A DNA stretch of 64,000 nucleotides from an uncultured Actinomycetota bacterium (lineage in GTDB: Bacteria > Actinomycetota > Actinomycetes > JAHEKZ01): positions 559,667 through 623,666 of the forward strand of contig CAWKCE010000005.1 in the NCBI GenBank assembly GCA_963848085.1, given 5' to 3'. Of the stretch, positions 1-8,750 are shown piece after piece. The notes under the pieces were generated by a model. That model was not told the DNA's origin. It worked only from the letters and a program-made list of their open reading frames with translations, and did no database searches. The stretch's first letter is position 1, and every line of letters starts with the position of its first letter. Both the position numbers and the translations under genes were made by a program.

Positions 1-65
1 CCGAGACCAGAGCCCGCTCGAATGCCCGAGGAAGACTGGTCCGTCGCGGTCTGCTCGTCGCCGCC

Positions 66-440
66 ATGTCGCTGGTCGCGCTGTTCTTCGGCATCTGGTG
101 GGTCCTGGTGGTCTTCTTGGACGCGTTGGCGGTGTTCGCGATCCACTACGACCACCGGCACCGAGCGGACAGGGGTGGATGGAAGACGGCACCCGTGAGC
201 AGTTTCGACGCCGCGATGCGCAGGGACCCAAACCCCACATTCGTCATCAACGAGCGCTCGAGCATCTCGGTCGACCGGACCGGTCGGACGTTCGCGGCCG
301 GAAAGCCCAAGGAGCCGACACCGGGGGTGCGCGCAGCCATACGAGGGTCGTTCTGGGACAGCCTGGGCGGTCTGGTGGTCCTGGCCCTCTTCTTGGCGAT
401 CCTGGTCGGCCTGGCCTTCTGGTACTCCCCCGCGCCCTGA
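66..440 (+). CDS. hypothetical small membrane protein (hydrophobic N- and C-terminal segments)
   Basis: ORF track; two hydrophobic stretches (LVALFFGIWWVLVVFLDALAVFAI / LVVLALFLAILVGLAFW); no recognizable domain. Confidence 0.3.
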   Translation: MSLVALFFGIWWVLVVFLDALAVFAIHYDHRHRADRGGWKTAPVSSFDAAMRRDPNPTFVINERSSISVDRTGRTFAAGKPKEPTPGVRAAIRGSFWDSLGGLVVLALFLAILVGLAFWYSPAP

Positions 441-558
441 CCACTGCCGACACCCGACGAGCTCCGCGCCGTGGTCGCTCATTCCTTCGGCAGACCGCCA
501 CACTCGCTCGGCAGGACTGCGAGGGCTGGCGGCCTGCCGTAGGAATGGGGGAACCGAA

Positions 559-604
559 GCGCGCCCGGAGAGACTCGAACTCCCAACCTTCTGATCCGTA
601 GTGA
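559..604. repeat. 46-bp direct repeat identical to the 3' half of tRNA-Arg(ACG) (anticodon loop to 3' end); att site of the integrated element, distal copy
   Basis: gcgcgcccggagagactcgaactcccaaccttctgatccgtagt present at 559-604 and again at 9634-9679 inside the intact tRNA. Confidence 0.8.
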
Positions 605-703
605 CGCGAGGGGTGTTCGTCGTGCGGCGTCTGACTACGTTTCCGCAGGTCACCGCGTTTGCTGGATTCTGACGGACACTCGCGGATTGACCGCATAGCT
701 GTC

Positions 704-728
704 CCCATAGCTGTCCCCAGCGTGGTCA
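704..728. repeat. Tandem 12-bp repeat CATAGCTGTCCC x2 just inside the left att repeat (candidate integrase/Xis arm-type site); related copy GCATAGCTGCC x2 at 9541-9563
   Basis: catagctgtcccc atagctgtcccc read directly; same core CGCATAGCTG(T/C)CC near the other element end, same orientation. Confidence 0.55.
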
Positions 729-931
729 GTGATCTTCTGAGTGGGTTGCTTCGCCCTACTCGGCACCTTCGGTGACGGAGAAGATGTGTACCCCGTCAGA
801 AGTGCCCGTAGCTCGGCTCGTAGCCGTATCAGCCTCGCTGGTGGTTTGGGACTGGCGGGCCAGTCTGGCTCGGGGTTCGGGGTCATTGCTTCTCCAAGTC
901 GCTTGTGACGCTTGGCTACGGGGCTGCTCGA

Positions 932-2104
932 TTACCCGCCAAGAGAGCCATCAGTGACGGGAAGAACCCGGACGACGATCTGAGGGTCTGACTGCGAGGT
1001 TGTCGCGAGCCGGATCGTGCGTGTCCCGCGATCGACGACGTCCCAGTCCGGAAGTTGCGACCGAAGAAACGCCCCGGCCCCAGCAAGACTTTCTTCGTCT
1101 GAAACACCGACCAGCACAGAGCCGTCCGCGGGGTTGCTGCCCAACACAGTGAACTCAATTGAACTGTCGAGACCTTGAACCAGCTGCTCGATCTGCCTCC
1201 TCAGGACCATGACAGCCTGCGCCGTAACCGCGCGAGGGGCGACCACCACAGGAGCTGGACCACTCAACTGCTCTCCGAGACGTTGCGCTTCATCCGGCTT
1301 CAGATCAAGCACGCCGACGATGTAGGCGGTGTGGTCAGCGTTGATGCTGACATCGACGTAGCGGTCACCAAGCAGCGCCTTTGCTCTGCTCACCACCGCC
1401 GACGGGTTCTCAACATCCTCAACAAGGCCAGCGCTCCGCGCCGAGATGTAGACCGCCACAACTTTGCCTTTGGACAGCAGCGACAACTTGGCCGACTCGC
1501 CAACCTGGGATGCGATTCGTGCCTGGTCGGCTGCGCCAATCGCCTTGACATTCAGGGCGTGGTCGGTCTGCCCAGGAATGCTGAAACAGCCGACCAAGGT
1601 CGTACCTGCCTGGCCAGTGCTGAGTTGGGAGGAAGAGACCGAAATCCGACCTGATGTTGTGTTACACCCATCATCCGTCATCCACCACCAACCAGCGTCA
1701 AGCTCGCTGAACACCACGTCCACGGGGTGGCTAAGAGGGCCCTGAGGCTGGGTGATTGGTTCTCCAAACAGTGACTCAGCCCGCCACTTGCCTTCCAGCT
1801 GCGCCACGTCGGTCACCGCCTGCCAGTCTTGACCCTCTCCCGACGTCTGCTCTCCACTTGACGGTGTCGCTGATGGTGAACCAGCAACAACGGGTGGGGG
1901 AGATTCGTGCTGGTAGGGCAGCGCTGCCACCCCCACGACGACCGCTGCTGTTGCCGCCACGGCTGCGGGCACAACTGCCCATTGCCACCGCCGCGAAGTC
2001 TTTGCCACCGGGTCGGCGAGATACTCCGACAACGGCTTAGCTGAGGGCGCCCGCGTCCGCATGTCGTGGAACAGCTCACGCAACTCGCTCTCGAGGTCGC
2101 TCAC
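932..2104 (-). CDS. membrane-anchored anti-sigma factor (short cytoplasmic N-terminus, one TM, about 300-aa extracytoplasmic domain)
   Basis: GTGA start/stop overlap with upstream ECF sigma gene; N-terminal 'ELRELFHDMRTRAPS' then TM 'WQWAVVPAAVAATAAVVVGVAALPY'; typical sigma/anti-sigma operon architecture. Confidence 0.55.
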   Translation of the reverse strand: MSDLESELRELFHDMRTRAPSAKPLSEYLADPVAKTSRRWQWAVVPAAVAATAAVVVGVAALPYQHESPPPVVAGSPSATPSSGEQTSGEGQDWQAVTDVAQLEGKWRAESLFGEPITQPQGPLSHPVDVVFSELDAGWWWMTDDGCNTTSGRISVSSSQLSTGQAGTTLVGCFSIPGQTDHALNVKAIGAADQARIASQVGESAKLSLLSKGKVVAVYISARSAGLVEDVENPSAVVSRAKALLGDRYVDVSINADHTAYIVGVLDLKPDEAQRLGEQLSGPAPVVVAPRAVTAQAVMVLRRQIEQLVQGLDSSIEFTVLGSNPADGSVLVGVSDEESLAGAGAFLRSQLPDWDVVDRGTRTIRLATTSQSDPQIVVRVLPVTDGSLGG

Positions 2105-2613
2105 GACGACACCTCCTCACTCACCTCGAGGGACCGGCGCAGCCTCGCCAGCGCCTTCGAGGCGTTCGCACGCACCGTCGAGGCGCGGCAACCCAACACC
2201 TCGGCTGCCTGCGAGTACGACATGTCCTCGTAGTACCGCAACACCACAGCAGCCCGCTCTGACGGTGACAAAACCGCAAGCAGCGACCACAGCCGGTCAC
2301 GGTCCACTACTTGGTTCTCAAACGACCCACCCGCCGGTTGTTCCACCAGCTCAGCCAGCTCGGCGACCGGGATCTCTGAGGAGACCCGACGTTTAGCGTT
2401 GCGGGTGTACTCGTTGACCATCACCCGCTTGGCGTACGTCACCGGGGAGTCGGCCCTGGCGACCTTTGCCCAGTGCCGGTGAAGCTTCACACATGTGTCT
2501 TGCATCAAGTCCTGAGCAGAGTTGGCAGATCCCGACAGCATGAAGGCAAGCCGAAGCAACGCAGCACCGTGCGCCGCCACCAGCTCCTCCAACGACTCCA
2601 CTCTCACCTCCAC
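2101..2613 (-). CDS. ECF (sigma-70 family group IV) RNA polymerase sigma factor
   Basis: 170 aa; region 2 'AQDLMQDTCVKLHRHW', region 4 HTH 'VLRYYEDMSYSQAAEVLGCRASTVRANASKALARLR'. Confidence 0.8.
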   Translation of the reverse strand: MEVRVESLEELVAAHGAALLRLAFMLSGSANSAQDLMQDTCVKLHRHWAKVARADSPVTYAKRVMVNEYTRNAKRRVSSEIPVAELAELVEQPAGGSFENQVVDRDRLWSLLAVLSPSERAAVVLRYYEDMSYSQAAEVLGCRASTVRANASKALARLRRSLEVSEEVSS

Positions 2614-3000
2614 CTATCAAGACACCCTCAGAGCCCCGAAACGCTGCCACCTCCCATGGTCTTAGGTCCCTCATCACTGGGACGTGGCAATCAGGGCTAT
2701 CCGGACTTGTTTCCAAATCTCCTATCAAGCACTGTGACAGCGCGTACGCACCCGGTGGTCCCCCATCTGACGAGGATCGTCCGTGGAGTGGTGGGGTCTG
2801 AGGTTCGGCGAGGCTGCGTGACGCAGGCGCCATCGACGGAGATCTTCGGTTGGAACATCCAAGTCACGAATCGTAACGAGCTCCACCGCTACAACCGTTG
2901 CGCTTCGCCCGAGAAGCACTGGAGCTTTCAGCGCAGTTAAGGCAGCGGAGAAGACCGAGGGCAGCAAGGGCCGCCCCATCTCGGCGCCCGATGCAACCCC

Positions 3001-3012
3001 TATCTATAGATA
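3001..3012. promoter_or_regulatory. 12-bp perfect AT-rich palindrome TATCTATAGATA downstream of xis-like gene (candidate operator / recombination-directionality or oriT-associated site)
   Basis: Perfect palindrome in an otherwise 70% GC context, inside the lower-GC regulatory region of the element. Confidence 0.3.
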
Positions 3013-3071
3013 CCAGTGTGTACTTCGGGCTGGGGGTCTTTCGCGGTGTTGACGGAAGCCGATCGACCTGA

Positions 3072-3292
3072 CTACGCGGACTCGGCAGCGAGCTGCTCGA
3101 GGTGGGCGACGTAGGCGAGCAGGCTCGTGTAGGGGATGCGGCGTGATCGCCCGAGGGTGACCGATCGGAGTCTCTGTCGCGGATCAGTGCGTACACGTAG
3201 GTCCGCCCCACCCCGAGCGCGTCAGCGGCCTGCTCGGGGGTGAGCAGCAGCGGCGGTACCGCGCTTGTGTGTGACCGGTCTGACGGGTGCAT
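3072..3292 (-). pseudogene. xis: excisionase-like MerR/HTH_17 DNA-binding protein (Xis), apparent -1 frameshift about 3166-3185
   Basis: N-terminal frame gives 'LLTPEQAADALGVGRTYVYALIRDRDSD'; conserved C-terminus 'RSVTLGRSRRIPYTSLLAYVAHLEQLAAESA*' is only obtained in a shifted frame (stop at 3072-3074); strong RBS AAGGAGG before ATG 3292. Confidence 0.6.
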
Positions 3293-3623
3293 CTGGGTTC
3301 CTCCTTGATAGTTGCTCGCTGCAGGAGGTGTGCAGACGCGGGCTCAAGACCGGTGACCCTCGCGCGGACGACTTGCCGCAGGGCATTGGCCAGGACGACC
3401 TGCGCGAGGTCGTCGAAGGCGAATGCTGTGCAGACCTATTGAAGTGTGGCTGTCGCGACGCTTCCGTCGCTGACATGACGAACGCCGTCGCACCTGGAGG
3501 AACGAAATCGGGCGCGGGCAAGCCTTCGGTGGAAGTGCCCGGCTAATCCTGACCCGACGTCCTCGCGCCAGCCGCACGGCAACCCCTCCCGCGCAGGCTG
3601 CCCCAAACGACGAGGAGGGCAAC

Positions 3624-6506
3624 GTGCTGTCAATCGGACTGGTGACCTCGGGTCACGCGGCGGTCGAGTACTTCGTGCGGCAGACCGCTGGCTGTGACGC
3701 TGACTACTACACCCGGCCCGGACAAGCCACGGGACGTTGGGTTGGCGCGGGCGCCCGCATGCTCGGGCTGACTGGTGACCTCACGTCCGACGGCGAACCG
3801 GTCCTTCGCGGTCTGCTCGACGGTCACGGGCCGGACGGCGTCAGGCTTGTTCCGGCGGTGCTTCGCGGTGACCCCCGCGCTCGGCTGCCGGTAGCACCGC
3901 TGGTGGAGGCGGCGCGTGATGCGGCAGTCGAAGCGGGTTTGCCGATCGCTCTGCTACTGGACGACCACCGGCTGACCAAGCAGTTCACCTCGATGGCCAA
4001 GGGTCTGACCGGGGGCGAGGTCGTTCGGACTCGCGGGGTTCGGGTCGACGTCGCGGTGGCGATCGCCGAGGCGGCCGGCTTAAATGTGCAGTCGGTCTAC
4101 GAACCTGATTCACCCGACGGTCACGACCTGGTTGCGGAGGCGCTCAACCACGTCGGGGAGCGCATCGACATCCGTCGGGCGGGCCTCGACCTGACGTTCT
4201 CGGCGCCCAAGTCCGTGTCGGTCCTGATGGCCTTCGCCACGCCGGACGATGCCGATCAGGTTCGTGCTGCCCACGCGGCGGCCGTGGACGACGCCATGGC
4301 CTGGTTGGAGCGCACCACCGCGTTCGTCGCCCGCGGGCATCACGGCGATGGGCAGCGAGCGGAACGGCTCTCATCTGACGGGTTCATCGGGGTGGCTTTC
4401 GAGCACGTGAGTAGCCGCGCCGGTGACCCCCAGCTGCACACCCATGTGGTGATCGCGAACCTGCTCCGCGGGATCGACGGTCGCTGGTCGGCGGCGGACA
4501 GCAAAGCTCTGCATCGGCACGGGAAGACCGCCGGCTACCTGTATCAGGCTGTCTTGCGTGCCGAGCTCACGAAGAGGTTGGGGGTGGGCTGGGGCGAGGT
4601 GGGCAAGGGGACCGCGGAGATCGCCGGCATTCCCCGATCGCTGCGCAGAGTGTTCTCCAAGCGAGCTGAGCAGATCGCGTCCACGCTTCGCACCTCTTGG
4701 ACTGCGGGAGCCAAGGCTGCGCAGCGCGCCTGCCTGTCCACGCGCCCCAGCAAAGACCGGGCTGTCACGGTTCAGGACCTGCGCGATCGCTGGACGGTGG
4801 AGGCTGTGTCGACGGGTCACGACCCCGACCGCATCGTTGCTGAAGCTCTGGGCCAGGAACATCCCGTTAGCCGCGTCGACGTCATCGACATCAGCGATCA
4901 CTTGCTCGGGCCTGAGGGTCTGACTCGGCAGGCGACGACGTTTGACCGGAACGACCTTCTTCAGGCGATCGCAGCGGCGCTGCCCGTTGGGACCGAAGTG
5001 GACGTCGCGGGCATCGAGGCGCTCGCCAACGCAGTCCTGCGCGATCCTCGAGTGGTCCACACCTCCCCTACCGATGGAACCGGTGAGGCTCACGAGTGGT
5101 CCCCCCGCTGGACGACCACCGAGCTGTTGGCCATCGAGCAGCACGCCCTCGATCTCGCCGAGTCGCTGCGGTCTCGTCCAGTCGATGCTGCACCACGAGG
5201 GCTGGTGGAGTGGGCTATCGGCCAACGCAATCTCGGTGGCGACCAAGCCGCGATGGTCCGCGCCCTGACCTCTGCACCGCAGTTGCTGCACGTGGTGGTC
5301 GGCCCCGCCGGGTCAGGCAAGACCGCGGCGCTCGCCGCGGCGGCGACCGTGTGGCAGCTCAACCACCGCAAGATCATGGGGGCGTCGCTGTCCGCGCTCG
5401 CCACCCGGCAGCTCGCCCGCGGCGCGGACATCCAAGCCATCACCGTCGCGCGGCTGCTGTCACGGCTAGACGCCAGCGCCCGGTCTGGCGCCGGTCCACT
5501 GACCGATCAGTGGGTGCTGGTGATCGACGAGGCCGGCATGGTCGGCACCCGTGATCTGGCCCGACTACTTGGTCACGCTGAGGCGGCTGGTGCCAGCATT
5601 GTGCTGGTCGGCGACCCGGCCCAGCTCCCCGAGATCGAGGCCGGCGGTCTGTTCGCCGCCCTGGCATCGGACGCGAGCGCCGAGCTCCACGACAACCACC
5701 GGCAGAGTGAGGCGTGGGAGCAGCAGGCACTGACCCGGCTTCGAAACGGGCACGTTGACCGGGCCTTGGACGCCTACCTAGCTCACGACCGCGTTCACAT
5801 CGGCACCGATGCCGAGTCTCTGCGCAACCGTGTCGTCGCTGACTACGTGCGAGCCGCCGGGGAAAGCGACCACCCCGACAGCGTCGCGATCCTCGCCGCG
5901 ACCCGCCACCAGGTACGGACGTACAACGACGCAGTCCGAGAACTACTCGATGGCGAAGGACTCCTGTCCGGGCCGGAACTCACCATCCCAACCGATGACG
6001 GCGACCTGCGACTGCGCGCCGGGGACCGCGTCCTGATCACCCGCAACGACTACGACCGCGATCTACTCAACGGTGACCGTGCCGTCGTCGCGCACGTGAG
6101 TGCCGAGACCGGATCGCTAACGCTGGCGACTCCCGACGGAACCATCCACGACCTACCCCATAGTTGGCTCGACGACGGCCGACTCGACCACGCCTACGCG
6201 ATCACCTGCCACAAAGCCCAAGGGCAGACCCTCGACGAAACCCTCGTCGCTGACTCCGCTGCCTTGACCTGCGAAACGGCGTACGTCGCACTCTCACGCG
6301 GTCGAAGCACCAACCACCTGTACCTCGCCCCCGAGCCAGGACGTGACGACCCAGCACAGGAATGGCTCACCGACACCGTCCTGACCGACGTCAGCCGACG
6401 CCTGCGCACCAGCCGACGCCACGTCATGGCCGTCGACCAGGTCGGACCAAGTCGAGCCATCGGTATCGGCGACTCGGCTCCGAGCCGCGAGGCGGTGGCC
6501 CTGTGA
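3624..6506 (+). CDS. MobF-family conjugative relaxase with C-terminal RecD-like helicase (TrwC/TraA type)
   Basis: 960 aa; N-terminal relaxase with Tyr-rich start and histidine triad 'DPQLHTHVVIANL'; C-terminal P-loop 'GPAGSGKT', 'VLVGDPAQLPEI', 'AITCHKAQGQTLDE...YVALSRGRSTNHLYL'. Confidence 0.85.
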   Translation: MLSIGLVTSGHAAVEYFVRQTAGCDADYYTRPGQATGRWVGAGARMLGLTGDLTSDGEPVLRGLLDGHGPDGVRLVPAVLRGDPRARLPVAPLVEAARDAAVEAGLPIALLLDDHRLTKQFTSMAKGLTGGEVVRTRGVRVDVAVAIAEAAGLNVQSVYEPDSPDGHDLVAEALNHVGERIDIRRAGLDLTFSAPKSVSVLMAFATPDDADQVRAAHAAAVDDAMAWLERTTAFVARGHHGDGQRAERLSSDGFIGVAFEHVSSRAGDPQLHTHVVIANLLRGIDGRWSAADSKALHRHGKTAGYLYQAVLRAELTKRLGVGWGEVGKGTAEIAGIPRSLRRVFSKRAEQIASTLRTSWTAGAKAAQRACLSTRPSKDRAVTVQDLRDRWTVEAVSTGHDPDRIVAEALGQEHPVSRVDVIDISDHLLGPEGLTRQATTFDRNDLLQAIAAALPVGTEVDVAGIEALANAVLRDPRVVHTSPTDGTGEAHEWSPRWTTTELLAIEQHALDLAESLRSRPVDAAPRGLVEWAIGQRNLGGDQAAMVRALTSAPQLLHVVVGPAGSGKTAALAAAATVWQLNHRKIMGASLSALATRQLARGADIQAITVARLLSRLDASARSGAGPLTDQWVLVIDEAGMVGTRDLARLLGHAEAAGASIVLVGDPAQLPEIEAGGLFAALASDASAELHDNHRQSEAWEQQALTRLRNGHVDRALDAYLAHDRVHIGTDAESLRNRVVADYVRAAGESDHPDSVAILAATRHQVRTYNDAVRELLDGEGLLSGPELTIPTDDGDLRLRAGDRVLITRNDYDRDLLNGDRAVVAHVSAETGSLTLATPDGTIHDLPHSWLDDGRLDHAYAITCHKAQGQTLDETLVADSAALTCETAYVALSRGRSTNHLYLAPEPGRDDPAQEWLTDTVLTDVSRRLRTSRRHVMAVDQVGPSRAIGIGDSAPSREAVAL

Positions 6507-6595
6507 ATGACGTGGTCGTCCACAGATCAGAAGGTCAGTGCCCCCTCTCCACGGGCGATGTCGCACGGTGACGACAGGTTCGAGAGGAGGCCGCA

Positions 6596-7801
6596 ATGGG
6601 TAAACGTGGCCATGGTGAGGGCGCGGTGTACCGCCGCCGCGGCCGATGGGCCGGTGCCATCACCGTCGACATCGCTTCAGACGGCACGCAGCGGCGCCGC
6701 TACGTGTCCGGCGACACCCGTCGTGAGGTCCTGGCTCGATTGGACGAGCTGCGGCGGCAACGCGACACCGGCCGGCTGGTTGCCACCACACGCGGCCTGA
6801 CCGTCGCGGAGTACTTCAGTGAATGGGCGACCGGAACGATTGCGCACCAGGTGGCGATCGGCGAGCTTCGCGAGTCAACCGCAGACAACTACCTCGACCT
6901 CGCGGACCGAATGATCGTCCCGTACCTGGGACGCCACAGGCTGGAGGAGCTCAAGCCCGTTCATCTGAGGGAGTGGCTCGCGAAGCTTCGTCGCACGACG
7001 AACGCGCGCGGCCGCCCTTACTCGTCGCGAACCGTCCAGTTGGTCCATGCCATCCTGCGCCGCGCCCTCAACGATGCGCTGCGCGACGAAGTCGTCACCC
7101 GCAACGTCGCACTGTTGGTTAAGGCTGGCCGCGTCACATCTCCGACGGTTGAGCCGCTGCAACCCGACGAGCTTCAGCTGCTGCTGGTCGAAGCCGCATC
7201 CGACCGGCTGTATGCGCTGTGGCTGCTCTTCATCGCGCTCGGTCTTCGCCGCGGCGAGGCTCTCGGGCTGCACTGGGACGACATCGACCTCGAAGCCCGC
7301 ACGCTCATCGTTCGAAGATCGCTTCAACGGCGCCGTACCAACGAGCTGACACCCAGTGGTCGACGACGCGGTCATCTCGGTGAGGTCGAAACCAAGACAG
7401 AGGCCAGCGTTCGAACGATCGCACTGCCCAACGTCGTGGTCGACGCGCTGAGCCAGCACCGCTGCGCCCAAGAGATTGAAGCGGCTGACGCCACAGTGTG
7501 GGTCAACCCGAACCTGGTCTTCACAACCCACGTCGGCACCTGGCTTGACCCCCGCAATGTGTACAGCTACTGGCACGCCCTCTGTGACCGAGCCAAAGTC
7601 CGACGGTGCCGACCACACGACCTACGACACACCGCTGCCTCAGTTCTGCTTCTGCAGGGGACCGACATGCGGACTGTCATGGAGATCCTCGGCCACTCCC
7701 GCATGGCCACCACATCTGACCTCTACACCCACGTCCTGGCCGAAGTGAAGGCCGACGCCGCAGCACGCATGGACACATTCTTAAGGGGGCTGCAGCAGTG
7801 A
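6596..7801 (+). CDS. int: tyrosine site-specific integrase (phage integrase family)
   Basis: 401 aa; C-terminal catalytic region '[39 protein letters not shown]' (R..H..R..Y), N-terminal SAM-like/arm-binding region. Confidence 0.9.
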   Translation: MGKRGHGEGAVYRRRGRWAGAITVDIASDGTQRRRYVSGDTRREVLARLDELRRQRDTGRLVATTRGLTVAEYFSEWATGTIAHQVAIGELRESTADNYLDLADRMIVPYLGRHRLEELKPVHLREWLAKLRRTTNARGRPYSSRTVQLVHAILRRALNDALRDEVVTRNVALLVKAGRVTSPTVEPLQPDELQLLLVEAASDRLYALWLLFIALGLRRGEALGLHWDDIDLEARTLIVRRSLQRRRTNELTPSGRRRGHLGEVETKTEASVRTIALPNVVVDALSQHRCAQEIEAADATVWVNPNLVFTTHVGTWLDPRNVYSYWHALCDRAKVRRCRPHDLRHTAASVLLLQGTDMRTVMEILGHSRMATTSDLYTHVLAEVKADAAARMDTFLRGLQQ

Positions 7802-7907
7802 CACCGGTCGAGCCATCCGCATGCGCTGCCCGCAGGGGCGCCATTGGGACCGGCAACGACCCACTCGATGGGATCGACTGTCTGTCCCTATCCCTAGAGT
7901 TCGTGGC

Positions 7908-8750
7908 ATGAACCCGGTCGAGCCTGTCATTGACGTGTCCGGATGGGCACCCGACGACGAAGAACCGCTCGGCGCACGCGACAAGTTCTGGATCCGTGAG
8001 AGCACCGACCCCGAAGCAACCTGGTGGCTGTTCAAGCGGCCGCGAGCAATAGGACTGCCCGAACTCGGCGCAGACCTGTGGGCGGAGGTACTGGCAAGCC
8101 GGATCGCTGAGCTGCTTCCACTGCCAGCGGCGGAGGCACGCTTCGCTCTCTGGCAGGGCCAGCCAGGGGTGATCAGCAAGCGAGTGGGCGATGGCCTGGT
8201 CCACGGGAACGAGCTCCTGTCATCCCGCAACCCTGGTTACCGCACAGCGCAGGTCGGCCCGGTGCCCGGATATGACCTTGACGCAATTGCCGTCGCTCTT
8301 GACGGCTATGCCGGCAGTGAGACGGGGCTGTCCGCCTTTGAGTCCTTCACGGGATACCTGACCTTCGACGCACTTGTCGGCAACACCGACCGCCACCACG
8401 AGAACTGGGCCGTGCTCACCGGCAGCCAATCGTTGGCGCCGACGTACGATCACGGCGCCTCACTGGGCTTCAACGCCCCAACAGCTCGCCGCGTCGACCC
8501 GGAGGCCTTCGCTGAGCGAGGCCGCGCCCGTCACTTCCCAGGTGGCCCTCGACTCAGCGACCTCGCGCACCAGGCCCTCGGCAGGGTGGACGATTCAGTC
8601 CGAGCCCTGTGGCTCGACAGGGTGAGCGCCCTTGACGCAGGAATGATCCGAGACGCCATTTCGGCGGTTCCCGGTGGCTGGATGTCGGACGGAGCGCGTA
8701 CGTTTGTGGACAACTTCATCGCAACGAACCAGAGGAGGCTGACCCCATGA
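7908..8750 (+). CDS. HipA-family Ser/Thr protein kinase, minimal form lacking N-subdomain 1 (HipT-like toxin candidate)
   Basis: ATG 7908 (track ORF 7821..8750); motifs 'LGARDKFWIRE' (Gly-rich loop), 'GNTDRHHENWAVL' (catalytic DxHxxN), 'LAPTYDHGASLGF' (HipA FYDI-like Mg-binding Asp). Confidence 0.7.
   Translation: MNPVEPVIDVSGWAPDDEEPLGARDKFWIRESTDPEATWWLFKRPRAIGLPELGADLWAEVLASRIAELLPLPAAEARFALWQGQPGVISKRVGDGLVHGNELLSSRNPGYRTAQVGPVPGYDLDAIAVALDGYAGSETGLSAFESFTGYLTFDALVGNTDRHHENWAVLTGSQSLAPTYDHGASLGFNAPTARRVDPEAFAERGRARHFPGGPRLSDLAHQALGRVDDSVRALWLDRVSALDAGMIRDAISAVPGGWMSDGARTFVDNFIATNQRRLTP

Noticed and set aside
650-957. Small ORFs (78 aa minus strand, 61 aa plus strand) in the left end of the element
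   Set aside because: They overlap the arm-type tandem repeats and the att region, have no RBS or domain support, and were treated as non-coding regulatory DNA.
2852-2876. ECF-type promoter-like GGAAC-N15-CGTAA
   Set aside because: The spacer is 15 nt rather than 16-17. The motif is on the plus strand pointing antisense into the xis-like gene, not toward the sigma operon. It was kept only as a note, not a feature.
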